A stretch of 64,000 bases of DNA from a virus (IMGVR_UViG_3300012324_000010); one strand, 5' to 3'. Positions 19,826 to 30,307 are shown, counted from the stretch's first letter. A program made the numbers and translations. The notes: generated by a model from the letters alone, not told the origin.

Positions 19826-20662
19826 TTACCAGCTAGATAGTAGAGAAGAGCCAGAGCTTAGACCAGGAACTGCAGGTTTAGGCAGTGTAGAAGGAATGTC
19901 TGGAAGAGGGGAAGGAGAAGGATCTGGTGCAGGTGAAGGCTGTGGAATATTATCCTGTCCAGAAACCTCTACACCCCATTGTGCAAAATCTTCAGATACT
20001 TCATCACCAAAATTAAGATCATCATTGTCAACATATCCACCAGAAAGAGAAGCAATGATATGTGCTACACCATTGTCATCTACAGAATAAATAGGAGATC
20101 CTGAATCACCACCAATAGCAAAAACACTAGCTTCTACACTTCCACGCTGGTAATCAATCTTAGTGACTTTACCACATGTCTTTTGAGTGCTCCTGCCATA
20201 TTTACATACAGCGTCTCCTTTACGCACATCACCAAGGGGTTGTGCATTTCCAACAGGAGTATTTCCATTAATAACACCAGAAGTTGTCACTCCTGGTGTT
20301 AGTTTGAAGATAGCCATATCACTAAATACCTTACCATCAGGATTGTGATGATAAGAGTTAGGACCATAGTAGTTTTTCATAAAAGTATCATCAGAAATGG
20401 GAACATTGCGAGAAGAAATCTTCTTCACAGTAGATCCATCATCACGCTTGCGCACACAATGTGCTGCTGTTACACCATAAAGATCTCCCTTTTTATCTTT
20501 TACCACTGAAGTAAGGGTGCATAGTGACACCCTGTTGTTAGAAAACTGGATTTCAATTTGATCTCCAGGATTTACTGAAGCAGGTGCAGCATGTGCCGCA
20601 ACAGGAGATAAGATAGCAACAGATGCAGCAAAAACAGCCGCTGCAAACTTAATCTTAAACAT
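19826..20662 (-). CDS. secreted S1-family (trypsin-like) serine protease with Pro-rich C-terminus
   Basis: Start trimmed to MFKIKFAAAV (SD GAAAGG). Signal peptide, catalytic His motif VTAAHC and Ser motif GGDSGSP; C-terminal PSPAPDPSPSPLP tail. Confidence 0.8.
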   Translation of the reverse strand: MFKIKFAAAVFAASVAILSPVAAHAAPASVNPGDQIEIQFSNNRVSLCTLTSVVKDKKGDLYGVTAAHCVRKRDDGSTVKKISSRNVPISDDTFMKNYYGPNSYHHNPDGKVFSDMAIFKLTPGVTTSGVINGNTPVGNAQPLGDVRKGDAVCKYGRSTQKTCGKVTKIDYQRGSVEASVFAIGGDSGSPIYSVDDNGVAHIIASLSGGYVDNDDLNFGDEVSEDFAQWGVEVSGQDNIPQPSPAPDPSPSPLPDIPSTLPKPAVPGLSSGSSLLSSW

Positions 20663-20793
20663 AGATAATGTGCCTTTCCAGATAGGTTTTTGATAGTTTG
20701 TATAGTAATAGATACTACTGTACAAGCAGAAGAGTACTACGCTGTGAAAAATCTGTCAAGAATATAGAAAAGAAATATGCATTATTTATATAG

Positions 20794-20814
20794 GTTTTCG
20801 TGTCCCTTTTTTAA
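20794..20814 (+). repeat. polar intergenic motif GTTTTCGTGTCCCTTTTTTAA (copy 7)
   Basis: same family. Confidence 0.75.
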
Positions 20815-20890
20815 TCTTATATAAAAATTCCCCTTTGATTCTTATAGAAAATCAAAGGGGTAGCTGAAAGAAGTGATTCTTCATATCACC

Positions 20891-21145
20891 CTAGAAGGTA
20901 ACACGATCAAGAATCTCTACATCAGACTTAGACTCAATGGATTCTTCCTCAATAAGCTCACGCTCTAGTGCAGAGATTGCACGCTTAAGGTTGGAACCAT
21001 AAATAGCACGCTTGTGAACGTCCTTGTTAAGGTCAAACTTTCCTTTATCATCTTTGTCCTTTTTGAAAACATAAGCAAAAACGTAGTTCATATAGTTTGT
21101 CCTTTGTCTAGGGTACAGTTTCTTTCTATGTGTTATGTGAAACAC
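20891..21145 (-). CDS. small basic/acidic hypothetical protein
   Basis: 84-aa ORF. Confidence 0.45.
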   Translation of the reverse strand: MFHITHRKKLYPRQRTNYMNYVFAYVFKKDKDDKGKFDLNKDVHKRAIYGSNLKRAISALERELIEEESIESKSDVEILDRVTF

Positions 21146-21192
21146 ATTGCAAGCATTTTACCACTATAAAAAATACTTTGTTGACAATAAAA

Positions 21193-21233
21193 ATAAAACA
21201 CCACTGTTTTCCCTTGATACAGTGGTGTTTTTG
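21193..21233 (-). terminator. intrinsic terminator downstream of tRNA-Thr
   Basis: acaccactg...cagtggtgt hairpin with flanking A/T runs, abutting tRNA 3' end. Confidence 0.7.
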
Positions 21234-21306
21234 AGCCTTCTATCGGGATCGAACCGATGACCTACGCATTACAAGTGCGTTGCTCTACCATCTGAGCTAA
21301 GAAGGC
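21234..21306 (-). tRNA. tRNA-Thr (anticodon TGT)
   Basis: gccttcttagctcagatggtagagcaacgcacttgtaatgcgtaggtcatcggttcgatcccgatagaaggct; anticodon loop CTTGTAA. Confidence 0.85.
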
Positions 21307-21503
21307 ATATGTGCTTATTAACCTGTGTCTTTATCACTGTCAATCAGCATAAATATAACTATAACACACAGTTTTTCTAACTGTCAAATTGATGCTCAAG
21401 ATTGTTTCTAACCAGAGGAAATTGAAAATAATAGAATAAGAATATCAATTGCTATAATCAATACATTGTAGTACTTTTTAACCTCTACTTTATTTTTAAG
21501 GAC

Positions 21504-21953
21504 GTGTCACCCATGGAGTTTTTTACCACCCCTTCTTGGTCAACATTGAGTGGAATATTTGTTCTATCACTCATTCTTTTTGGAGCTTTCATTGCCATCA
21601 TCTATGATCAGCAAGGTGAAGAAAATCACAGAAATGTAAGAATCATCACTGTGATATATGCAGCCTTGCAAATTACACTTAAAGTATTCCTTGTCATTGG
21701 AATATTCAAAATCACAGGTGGAACAGCTCAAGCAGGATGGGGGCTTTTCATTGGATATATCCTTGTTTTGGTTGTTGACATTCCTACTATTGCTTTAGCA
21801 TCTATTAAACGTCTTTCTCGTGGATATGAGGTATTGCAAGATAGTCTATTTGAAGATGAAGATGATATTAGCAAGGATGGAGATGAGGGTGAAAACAAGG
21901 ATGAAGATAAAGATGAGGATGACATTGACAAAGATAATGAGCCAACCAAATAG
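21504..21953 (+). CDS. membrane protein with acidic C-terminal tail
   Basis: 149 aa, 3-4 TM helices then DEDDISKDGDEGENKDEDKDEDD. Confidence 0.55.
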   Translation: MSPMEFFTTPSWSTLSGIFVLSLILFGAFIAIIYDQQGEENHRNVRIITVIYAALQITLKVFLVIGIFKITGGTAQAGWGLFIGYILVLVVDIPTIALASIKRLSRGYEVLQDSLFEDEDDISKDGDEGENKDEDKDEDDIDKDNEPTK

Positions 21954-22030
21954 AGCTGGTTGTTCCCATACATTCACAGCAGGTAATAACTTATACCTTC
22001 ATCCACATCATGCGGTTAAATACTAGTACT

Positions 22031-22414
22031 TTATAAATGAATCTCTTTGTAAAAAGCACAAGAGACATCTTTGCACACAGCATCAACCATAGATCTTTGT
22101 ACATTTTCCAAATATGATTCATCATCTTCTAATGGAAGCAAAGGAAAATCTCGGTTGTATAAGTTCTGCTCAAAAATATCAAATCCAATATCTTCCACTA
22201 CAAACTTAACTGCATCTATTAACTCTTTGAAGATCTCTTGGACAGTTGCGCCATATCCAAAGATATCCTCATACAGAACATCTTTGATAGCATCCTGTAT
22301 ATCTTTGAAATCCTCTTCATTGATATTGATTCTCATATAGTTTCTAAGACTGTCATCAACAATATCAGTGCATAGCTTCTTGTACATATCCAAATGAGTT
22401 TCCACTGATGTCAT
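22031..22414 (-). CDS. acidic hypothetical protein (paralog of 61884..62309)
   Basis: C-terminal LENVQRSMVDAVCKDVSCAFYKEI aligns with LETVIRSMSAAVVEDISSALQKEI of the 61884 ORF. Confidence 0.55.
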   Translation of the reverse strand: MTSVETHLDMYKKLCTDIVDDSLRNYMRININEEDFKDIQDAIKDVLYEDIFGYGATVQEIFKELIDAVKFVVEDIGFDIFEQNLYNRDFPLLPLEDDESYLENVQRSMVDAVCKDVSCAFYKEIHL

Positions 22415-22569
22415 TTTATTCTCCTTATTATGATTGCAATGATATCTTCAACAAAAAGAATATAAGAGTATGTAGTATATAGACATAGCAACACACCTAT
22501 ATGTGATAGAAAAAACCACCCTGTATAAAATGTTACACAGGGTAGCAAAAGACTGATTAAATATCAGTT

Positions 22570-23673
22570 TTATTCTTCTTCATCATCACGTTGAGCTTGC
22601 ACAACAGATTCTAGAGAGCGAACAATGGTAACGGTAGAATCCTTGGTATAAGGACTTTGCTTCAAGAAAGGATATTCTGGAATATCAATATCCTGTGTAG
22701 CAAAAACCTTGATATCACCTTCATCATCTTCTTCCATAATGAAAGATGCAATAGTGTCAAGGAAATCACCAATTTGATCCTTAGCACTTTCAGAAGAAAG
22801 ACCTTCTACCCAATTATGAGATACCTTCCATACAGCAACCATGTTTGTAGGAGATGAATCATCTTCATTAATATCAAGATCAGCATTGCAAGCAACTACA
22901 ACATGACCTGGAATAATACCTTCAATAGCACTCAAAACCATTGCGTTATCTACTGCAAGGTATCTTCCTTCACCAGTTCTTGCTATCTGAATATCTCCAC
23001 TTGTGCCAGGGGAGTTATCATCATAGATATCCATTCTATATGCAGAAGACATCATTGCTAAACCTTCATATTCAGCTTCTTCCAAATAAGAAGTGTCAGG
23101 AATGAAGAAAAGAGCATACACATCACTTTCATGAGGAAGCATCCTAGGAAGGATACTCATTGTTTCTGTATCTACAATTGTAGAAAGAGCATCATCTACC
23201 TCATCTTTATGAGCTTTTTCATCTGGTTTCTCATCCATCAATGAATCAAACTCATCCTGGTTGAATACTGCAGTAGTAGAAATCCTTCCCAAGAAATCTA
23301 CTGCACGCTCACGGTTTAAGATATAACTTTCTTCTTCTACAGAATCAATGATGTCTTCAATTTCTTGCTCTTGGTTTTCATCTTTGTTCTTTTCATCCTC
23401 TAAAAGGTCTACTTCAAAAGGTGGAAGAGAAAATCCATAGTCATCCAAAACTTGTTTCATTTCTGAAAGTTGCTCTTGTGAAGAACAATGAATAAAACAT
23501 AGATCTTTGCTTTCTACATCTAATACATCAGCTTCTTCTTTAGAAAGATATATCCTAGTGCTTTGTGACACCACTGCTAGAGGTGTGAGAACCTTGACGT
23601 TGGTGAAGTTGGTTGTTTCCAAAAACTTCTCCATAGTAGACAGAGGAGATTGTACCGCAATAATATAAGACAT
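22570..23673 (-). CDS. acidic hypothetical protein
   Basis: Start trimmed to MSYIIAVQ (ATG 23671-23673, SD GAGAAAG); 367 aa. Confidence 0.55.
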   Translation of the reverse strand: MSYIIAVQSPLSTMEKFLETTNFTNVKVLTPLAVVSQSTRIYLSKEEADVLDVESKDLCFIHCSSQEQLSEMKQVLDDYGFSLPPFEVDLLEDEKNKDENQEQEIEDIIDSVEEESYILNRERAVDFLGRISTTAVFNQDEFDSLMDEKPDEKAHKDEVDDALSTIVDTETMSILPRMLPHESDVYALFFIPDTSYLEEAEYEGLAMMSSAYRMDIYDDNSPGTSGDIQIARTGEGRYLAVDNAMVLSAIEGIIPGHVVVACNADLDINEDDSSPTNMVAVWKVSHNWVEGLSSESAKDQIGDFLDTIASFIMEEDDEGDIKVFATQDIDIPEYPFLKQSPYTKDSTVTIVRSLESVVQAQRDDEEE

Positions 23674-23772
23674 AAAAACTTTCTCTTTCTTTCTCAAAAA
23701 GACTATTGTGCTTTTATGCTATCATGCTACAGTTATATAAAGCAAGGAAAACAAAACAACAAGGAGAAAAAA

Positions 23773-23964
23773 ATGATTATTTATACTTCGATCCATAACC
23801 ATAAAAGAGCAGAAAAACAACAGGAAATGCGCAGAAGCAATGCTGCAGGTGTTCATAGCTGTACTGTTTCTCGAAGTGCAGCAGCACATTCTGACATCTA
23901 TGACAACCTGGAATCTTTTGGGCTATCCAGTGCTGATGATGCACTAAACCTAGAAAACTGGTGA
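23773..23964 (+). CDS. small hypothetical protein
   Basis: ATG with perfect AAGGAG SD; 63 aa. Confidence 0.4.
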   Translation: MIIYTSIHNHKRAEKQQEMRRSNAAGVHSCTVSRSAAAHSDIYDNLESFGLSSADDALNLENW

Positions 23965-23969
23965 TTTAG

Positions 23970-24290
23970 ATGATAAAGATTTTTGTTGATGATATGAGAG
24001 TACCTTTATCTAAAGATTGGGTTTTAGCTTCCACTGTGAAAGAAGCACAAGATCTCATCAAACAAGGAGGAGATTTTGTACTTTCCCTAGATCATGATCT
24101 AGGTCAAAGGGAAGGAGATGATGATAACACACGTTCATTGCTTTTATGGTGTATAGACAATGGATATATACCACAAGCTGCAGCAGTGCATTCTTCCAAT
24201 CCTGTTGGTGCTCAATGGCTTAGAGAATGTCTTTTCTATGATTTCCCAGAACCTATTCCTCCTATCACACCTCCATCATGGTCTATTTAG
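23970..24290 (+). CDS. hypothetical protein (contains SLDHDLG and HSSNPVG motifs)
   Basis: 106-aa ORF, SD GGTGA. Confidence 0.5.
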   Translation: MIKIFVDDMRVPLSKDWVLASTVKEAQDLIKQGGDFVLSLDHDLGQREGDDDNTRSLLLWCIDNGYIPQAAAVHSSNPVGAQWLRECLFYDFPEPIPPITPPSWSI

Positions 24291-24335
24291 AAAAAACTTC
24301 CCTCTTATCTTCTAAGAGGGAAGTTTTTCCATATA

Positions 24336-26573
24336 CTAGGGAATAGGATGGACAGCTTTCCTTCCAAACATCTGATCTTCAATCATAGGAGTCAATGTCT
24401 CTGCAAAGAGATTAGTAATGTGATGACTATCACGGTACACTACAACATTTCCCACAATAGGATTAACCCACCCATCAGTGATAATAGAGCTGTTAATATC
24501 CATCAAAGTAACTCCAGGAATACCCCTATATGCTTCTAGAGAAGGATCTATATCATTTAAAAGACCTTGTGAAGAAAATCCACATTCACTTGAGATATCT
24601 TTTCCATCTACCCTAGACTTGCTAACACAAATGCGCATATCATCATATTTACCATCTTCAGTAGTAGACCATGCAACATCTCGCATGAGATAGATGGGAA
24701 TATTCTTATCAGCAAACTTGCGCATAGATTCTACATACTTTTCTGGAACGATCTCTGGTCCTACACCTGTAGCAGTGCTAGGTCTAGTAGAGGTATGGAA
24801 AATACCTTCTGTAGGAGGGTTATTGAGAACATAGTCTACAACTTTGTCAGAGAAGTCTTTACATCCAGGATAATCTGAATTATCCCACTTCTTATCTAGA
24901 TAAAGAGCACAACCCATCTTAATCAAGGGTATAAGCTTTATACCTCTACGCTTAGCAATATCATCTAAAGCTGGTAGATACATTTCAGAATGGGATCCAC
25001 CTAGAATATACATTGTCTTATCAGAAGAGGTGTCTCCATATTCACAAGGAGTACCATCTTTTTTATTAAACACAATGTCATCGTTTTTAAAATCAGAAAA
25101 ACAGCCATCTTTCTGACTTTGTGGATACATGTTATCTACCCCTTCATCAGGGTTAGGCATAATGTCTACACCATCAGGAACAATCTTATTTTCTGTTACA
25201 GCCCTAGCTCCAGGATAAGCAACATCTTTGCCACCATTAGCAGCAATAGCATGTTCTACCTGAATCTTTTTAAGATGTTCCACCCCTGCATAAATTCCAG
25301 GAGAAGTAGCAACAGTAGCAATCATTACCACAATACATGTTGCAGCAGAACGCATTGCCACAGAAGGAGATCTGCGATGCTTCCTCTTAGCTTTTCCTGA
25401 AAGTATCTCTTTTAGTGTTGCTCTTTTAGGCTTTTTCTTTTGCCTTAATGGTTGTTCTACATAAACATGAGTAACCCATGCAAGAGCACTAGATATAACA
25501 ATGACAACAATACCTTGAAGAATGTCAAATTGTGGTCTAGACGTAATATGAGTAGCAATGATAAGCACCATCCAATGCCACAAATAAAGGCTATAAGAAA
25601 TTTTTCCTAGCCATAGCATAAAAGGAGTTTCAAAGATAAGCACTGGACCCATAGTTGCCCATGATTTCTCTTCTGCTTGATTATGATTTCCAGAAAAGAT
25701 AATCAACATAGCACCAACTAAAGGAACTAGTGTTAAAGGACCAGGAAACTGCTCTACACCATTGAGAACTAAGCCTGTACCTATAATGAGCACTACTCCT
25801 ACTAGTGTAGATACCCACCTTAGAAGAGGAGAAAATACTACCTTGTCCAATACAAAAAGACCAATAAGACCACCTAGTGCAATCTCCCAGAACCTAGAAA
25901 AAGTAGAATAATAGTTTTCTACCTGATTGTGACCACCTAGCCATATAGCATAAACAAAGGAGGAAACAGCTAAAATACCAACTACTGTTGCAACAAGATT
26001 CTTAGCATCTTTCCCTGTCTTCTTACACAGTGAAACACATATCACAATCAAAGCAATGACAAGTGCATAGATTTGTACCTGCACTGACATTGACCATAAA
26101 TGCTGGAAGGCATCAGCATCACTGCTAGCTCGTGCATAGGAATCACCATCTTGGATAAAAATCCAGTTAATACAATACAGTGCTGCAGCAGAAGCATGCC
26201 TTAGCATATCCTCCCACTGTGCAGGAGGAATAACCATAAGAGACAAGACAACTCCTGTGGCAATCATCACAATCAAAGCAGGATACAACCTACGCAAGAT
26301 TCTCAACATAGACTGTGTGTAGGATAGACCATCTTCTTTTTGTGCATTGCGTAGCTGAGAAGAAATCAGCAAAAGACCACCAATAAACAAAAAGATATCC
26401 ACACCAGAAGATACCCTGCCAATAAAGACATGGAAGATAACCACTAGAGCCAGAGCAAACCCTCTAAGACCATCAATGTGATGATAATAGCGCCGAGTGG
26501 AAGTAGAACTACTAGCCCTGTGACTCCCCCCTTTTCTAGGAACTAGTGTTTTAGGTGTCATCATTGTAGTCAC
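24336..26573 (-). CDS. acyltransferase-3 family membrane protein with C-terminal SGNH/GDSL hydrolase domain (OatA/OafA-like O-acetyltransferase)
   Basis: 745 aa; about 10 TM helices with acyltransferase-3 motifs (HHIDGLRGFALALVVIFH); C-terminal soluble domain containing GGSHS-type SGNH block. Confidence 0.8.
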   Translation of the reverse strand: MTTMMTPKTLVPRKGGSHRASSSTSTRRYYHHIDGLRGFALALVVIFHVFIGRVSSGVDIFLFIGGLLLISSQLRNAQKEDGLSYTQSMLRILRRLYPALIVMIATGVVLSLMVIPPAQWEDMLRHASAAALYCINWIFIQDGDSYARASSDADAFQHLWSMSVQVQIYALVIALIVICVSLCKKTGKDAKNLVATVVGILAVSSFVYAIWLGGHNQVENYYSTFSRFWEIALGGLIGLFVLDKVVFSPLLRWVSTLVGVVLIIGTGLVLNGVEQFPGPLTLVPLVGAMLIIFSGNHNQAEEKSWATMGPVLIFETPFMLWLGKISYSLYLWHWMVLIIATHITSRPQFDILQGIVVIVISSALAWVTHVYVEQPLRQKKKPKRATLKEILSGKAKRKHRRSPSVAMRSAATCIVVMIATVATSPGIYAGVEHLKKIQVEHAIAANGGKDVAYPGARAVTENKIVPDGVDIMPNPDEGVDNMYPQSQKDGCFSDFKNDDIVFNKKDGTPCEYGDTSSDKTMYILGGSHSEMYLPALDDIAKRRGIKLIPLIKMGCALYLDKKWDNSDYPGCKDFSDKVVDYVLNNPPTEGIFHTSTRPSTATGVGPEIVPEKYVESMRKFADKNIPIYLMRDVAWSTTEDGKYDDMRICVSKSRVDGKDISSECGFSSQGLLNDIDPSLEAYRGIPGVTLMDINSSIITDGWVNPIVGNVVVYRDSHHITNLFAETLTPMIEDQMFGRKAVHPIP

Positions 26574-26732
26574 AGTATCAAGTCACTTCCTTGCATATCC
26601 TTTTTATTGGTGTGGTTCTTATTATTAAAAGATAATATTTTTAACTCTCATTGTATATCAGTATTGTTTAATATCCAACTTTTTGCAGCTATAGCACTCT
26701 TTTGTGGCATTCCATTGAAAAAACAATGATTC

Positions 26733-27110
26733 CTATATCTCTTTATAATCAATAATGTTTAATGGTCTGCTATAAGGTTCAACCCCTGTACCTGTTACTG
26801 TAAACTCATACAAAGAGTCTTCTTTAATGTGGGAGAAAATATCATCAGGATCAGTGCTCAAAGATAGAAAAGAAGGCTTAACAACCAATGTTCCACATTC
26901 TAAAGTGTCAACCTTATATTGCTTTTCATCTTCCTTCCCTTCACCTGAATAGGAAGCTATCTCTTTGCCTGAAACAGTACAGGGAATGGTGTTTTTATGG
27001 CTAGAGTGATAAACCCACAAAGAAAATACCAAAATAGATACAGCACATATAGCTAAAACTGCTAATGCAATCAAGCTGATTGTATAACTTTTCTTTGTGT
27101 TCATCATCAC
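26733..27110 (-). CDS. membrane-anchored/secreted hypothetical protein
   Basis: 125 aa, N-terminal TM/signal. Confidence 0.5.
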   Translation of the reverse strand: MMMNTKKSYTISLIALAVLAICAVSILVFSLWVYHSSHKNTIPCTVSGKEIASYSGEGKEDEKQYKVDTLECGTLVVKPSFLSLSTDPDDIFSHIKEDSLYEFTVTGTGVEPYSRPLNIIDYKEI

Positions 27111-27253
27111 TCTTTCTCTCTATGATTTTTCATCCTTATAGAAGATAAAAATACCACAAAAATAACACCAATCTAAATCAATCATCTGTGATTTTTAAAA
27201 TGATATAGTTTTCAAAATGCCATTAAACAAATCTTTTAAGAGGAAATCAATCC

Positions 27254-27925
27254 ATGACAACAACGTTTCTTATTGCTCAAATCCTAGGATTTTGCGCTGC
27301 TAGTGCAGCATGTATGCAGCACCCATCTCATGTGATTTACCTTTGGGGGCATAGAAAAGATGTTTCTATTCTTAAAGGTTTATCTCTGTTATCTATCCTT
27401 TTTACCACTGCAAACTCTATTGCATGGGGTGTATATGGATTGATGTATAAAGCTTATCCTACAGCACTTATTGCAGTATCAGGAACCATTGTCATGGCTA
27501 TCACAGTAGGAATCCTAGTCAAAGCGCGCATGTGGAAGATTCCTGCACTGATAGGATATATCCTTTTTATCTTGCTGTTGATATTTTTGTCCCTTATAGC
27601 ACCACAGGATCAACTAGGTTTTTGGGGAAATATGATTTCTATTGGAATGTGGATTCCAGCTGCATTAAAAGTTATTAAAGTCAGAAACACACCAGCAGCT
27701 TTATCTTATCCTCCTGTAACATCCTGGACAATCATCATCACCAATATTCTATGGATATCCTATGGTGTTCTTTTACAAGATATATGGCTATGGCTTTCTG
27801 CACCTTTTTCTATCACATGTGCTCTCATGATGCTATGGGCATATCACAGCACAAAGAAACACCTTGATGGTCACGCAACCCATATCATAGAAGAAGATTA
27901 CTCTTTCACTTCTGAAAACTCATAA
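27254..27925 (+). CDS. 7-TM membrane protein with internal 3-TM duplication (PQ-loop/SWEET- or PnuC-like, tentative)
   Basis: 223 aa; two halves each carry the TN..W..YG....P pattern. Confidence 0.35.
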   Translation: MTTTFLIAQILGFCAASAACMQHPSHVIYLWGHRKDVSILKGLSLLSILFTTANSIAWGVYGLMYKAYPTALIAVSGTIVMAITVGILVKARMWKIPALIGYILFILLLIFLSLIAPQDQLGFWGNMISIGMWIPAALKVIKVRNTPAALSYPPVTSWTIIITNILWISYGVLLQDIWLWLSAPFSITCALMMLWAYHSTKKHLDGHATHIIEEDYSFTSENS

Positions 27926-28347
27926 GTCCTATCAGGAGTATTATCTGCTTGGAGTTTTCCTCTGGGCCTTACTTTGAACTCATAAGTATGTCTAGGTTTA
28001 ATAGAGTTATCTATGACTCTGCTGTGCAACTCCTCAATGTTCACTTTAGCTTCAATATCATGATCACACTCATCATCTTGCTTGGTATCAATAAGATATA
28101 TACCCCCAGAATATGATGAGTTATATTGCCCTCCTCCAATCAATCTTTTTAGCTTCACTGCATCAGGAGAATCTTCTATAGTACAAGTCTTTACTGTCTC
28201 CTCTGGATCTGCCTGCTTGACAATATTTTTAGACAAGGAGTTTTCCCCTGAAAACATTCCAGAAGCAACTGCGGTACTTACTGTTACCACTACTACTGCA
28301 AAAAAGAAAAACGCTATTTTCTTCTTGCTAAGATTGTTGTTTTCCAT
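27898..28347 (-). CDS. secreted hypothetical protein
   Basis: 149 aa with N-terminal signal/TM. Confidence 0.5.
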   Translation of the reverse strand: MENNNLSKKKIAFFFFAVVVVTVSTAVASGMFSGENSLSKNIVKQADPEETVKTCTIEDSPDAVKLKRLIGGGQYNSSYSGGIYLIDTKQDDECDHDIEAKVNIEELHSRVIDNSIKPRHTYEFKVRPRGKLQADNTPDRTYEFSEVKE

Positions 28348-28353
28348 ATTGAT

Positions 28354-28370
28354 TTCATGTCCCCTTTTAT
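28354..28370 (+). repeat. polar intergenic motif TTTCATGTCCCCTTTTAT (copy 8)
   Basis: same family; 7 nt from start codon of 27898..28347 (-), its reverse complement doubles as an SD-like AAAGGGGA. Confidence 0.7.
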
Positions 28371-28414
28371 GAGTTGGTTATTCCTTAAAAGTGTGGTTTA
28401 TATGTTATTTCCTT

Positions 28415-30145
28415 TTACAGTATAATCAACCAACGCTTTTTCCCATAATCCCACACCTTATCCAACTCATTAAGCTCAGCAAGTTGAGACTCAGTAAGAC
28501 CATCTATATATTTCAAAGTGGGATCTTGTCTAAACCTAGAAATCCTATAGTTAAACTTATGCTTTCTTTCCATGCCAACTTTGTAGTAGTAATCTGGAAG
28601 AAGATCACCATCAAATGTAAATCCAAGAGTTTTATATAAGCTTCCATCAGAAACTGAATTGTCAGAAAATGTCACAATCTTTTCCAAACCATATTCTCTT
28701 GCGTAAGACATACCCTTTTTAAGAAGCTTTCCCATGCCACCTACAACCACACAAGAGGTTGCATACCTGTCTAGGTAGAGGGTGTTTTTATTCTTTCTCC
28801 AAGAAGACACAGCAACTAGATCACTATCTTGATCATAGAGACCAATATATTTACTTCCCTTTGAGCTTCCCTGAATATGGTATTCATCTAGGAAATCTCG
28901 TGCTGTAGCAAAATCCACAAAATCAAGAGTGGTATTTCTAGCATAAACTTTTCTATCTTGAGATACCCCAAGTTTATGAGAAATCATAGACTCTACTACT
29001 TTTCTTCTTTGCATCCAGTCATCTTCCCATACCACAATCAACTGAATTCCCTTATCTGCACAAATCTTCCACTTGGTAATGTGCTTATCTTTGGTTCTTC
29101 CTACCTTTTCACTGTGCCAATAAAGACCATTGAACTCAATAGCAATGGAAAGTTCTGGAATATAAATATCTAGCTCATGAGTTCTCAAAGCAGATCTATT
29201 GGAAGTTTTCACCTCTATTTCTTGAGGAAGTATAGATTTTACAAAATCAGCAACTTCAGTTTCCATGGTGGATACTTTCTTGCAGCAATGAGGACATCCA
29301 CTACCTCTTGTTCTATCACTTACAAGAGATTTCCAACTGTGACCATTGCCACATAGCCACCATACTTTCTTGGTTGAACTAGCAGGTACATCCTGTGGTG
29401 TAAGAGGAAGATTTTTGCTTGCATCCCATTCTTTAGATAGATCTGGAAAAAGAGTAGCAATATCATTGTCTCCAGATAGTACCTTTTGACCTGCGCATAT
29501 TGGACATCCACTTTTGTTCATGGATCTGTGATAAATGGAAGCTTTGTAACTATGATTTTTCTTTGGACATAACCACCATACTTTTTTACGAGATCCATAG
29601 CTATAAGATGTAGGTGGTAGGTCATTTTTATCACAATCCCATTCTTTTATAAGCTCAGGGAAACGTGTTTCAAGATCTGTTTCTCCTATAATCACCTTGT
29701 TTCCAGAACAATAAGGACATCCTGTTCCACCTGAAACACGTGAATTAATTTTGGTTTCCCACTCATGACCTTTATCACATATCCACCATGCTTTCTTTCC
29801 AGAATTTTGCATTACTTCCTGAGGACTAATCACATTCTTTTGGTGATTCCATTCCTTTGCAATATCAGGATGAATATGTGCAAAGTCATTAAATCCTTGC
29901 AAAACCTTTCTCCCTGCACAATAAGGGCATCCTCTTCCATGCACCCTGCTTTTAATAACAGCAGCCCAACTATGACCTTTATCACATTTCCACCATGCCT
30001 TCTTATGTGATCCAGGAAGTACTTGTTCAGGAGGAATGGTATTTTTATCCTCATCCCATTGTTGAGCAAGTCCAGGGTGTAAATAGACAAGGTTGTTTTT
30101 GCTTGTTACACTCCTGCTTGGTTTAGAAATGATATCATTTTCCAT
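28415..30145 (-). CDS. protein with four tandem zinc-ribbon repeats plus a Vsr/DUF559-like PD-(D/E)xK nuclease-fold domain and an unassigned C-terminal domain
   Basis: Four repeats of W(W)xCxxGHxWxxxxxxRxxGxGCPYCxGxKVxxGxNDxxxxxPxLxKEW; then ELDIYIPELSIAIEFNGLYWHSE...IQLIVVWEDDW. Confidence 0.6.
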   Translation of the reverse strand: MENDIISKPSRSVTSKNNLVYLHPGLAQQWDEDKNTIPPEQVLPGSHKKAWWKCDKGHSWAAVIKSRVHGRGCPYCAGRKVLQGFNDFAHIHPDIAKEWNHQKNVISPQEVMQNSGKKAWWICDKGHEWETKINSRVSGGTGCPYCSGNKVIIGETDLETRFPELIKEWDCDKNDLPPTSYSYGSRKKVWWLCPKKNHSYKASIYHRSMNKSGCPICAGQKVLSGDNDIATLFPDLSKEWDASKNLPLTPQDVPASSTKKVWWLCGNGHSWKSLVSDRTRGSGCPHCCKKVSTMETEVADFVKSILPQEIEVKTSNRSALRTHELDIYIPELSIAIEFNGLYWHSEKVGRTKDKHITKWKICADKGIQLIVVWEDDWMQRRKVVESMISHKLGVSQDRKVYARNTTLDFVDFATARDFLDEYHIQGSSKGSKYIGLYDQDSDLVAVSSWRKNKNTLYLDRYATSCVVVGGMGKLLKKGMSYAREYGLEKIVTFSDNSVSDGSLYKTLGFTFDGDLLPDYYYKVGMERKHKFNYRISRFRQDPTLKYIDGLTESQLAELNELDKVWDYGKKRWLIIL

Positions 30146-30307
30146 TAATATTTTTCCTTTTGTATTTAATATGTTTTGATATTCCTTTTGTAGAGGGTAT
30201 TTCTCTATGCGCTGCTAAATATATAGTTCCATTATAGCATAAAGAAAAACCCTAGAGCAAACATCAACATGCTCTAGGGTTAATATTGTAACTATATTTC
30301 CCATTTG

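Noticed and set aside
21234-21306. Possibility that the window is simply a jumbo-phage genome
   Set aside because: This cannot be confirmed. Phage-type genes are present (DUF2786, Ltp, NT5C, SNF2, clamp, tnpB, tRNAs). No capsid, terminase, portal or tail genes are recognisable. Several clearly cellular envelope genes are present (sortase, flotillin, MscS, isochorismatase). The origin is left open.
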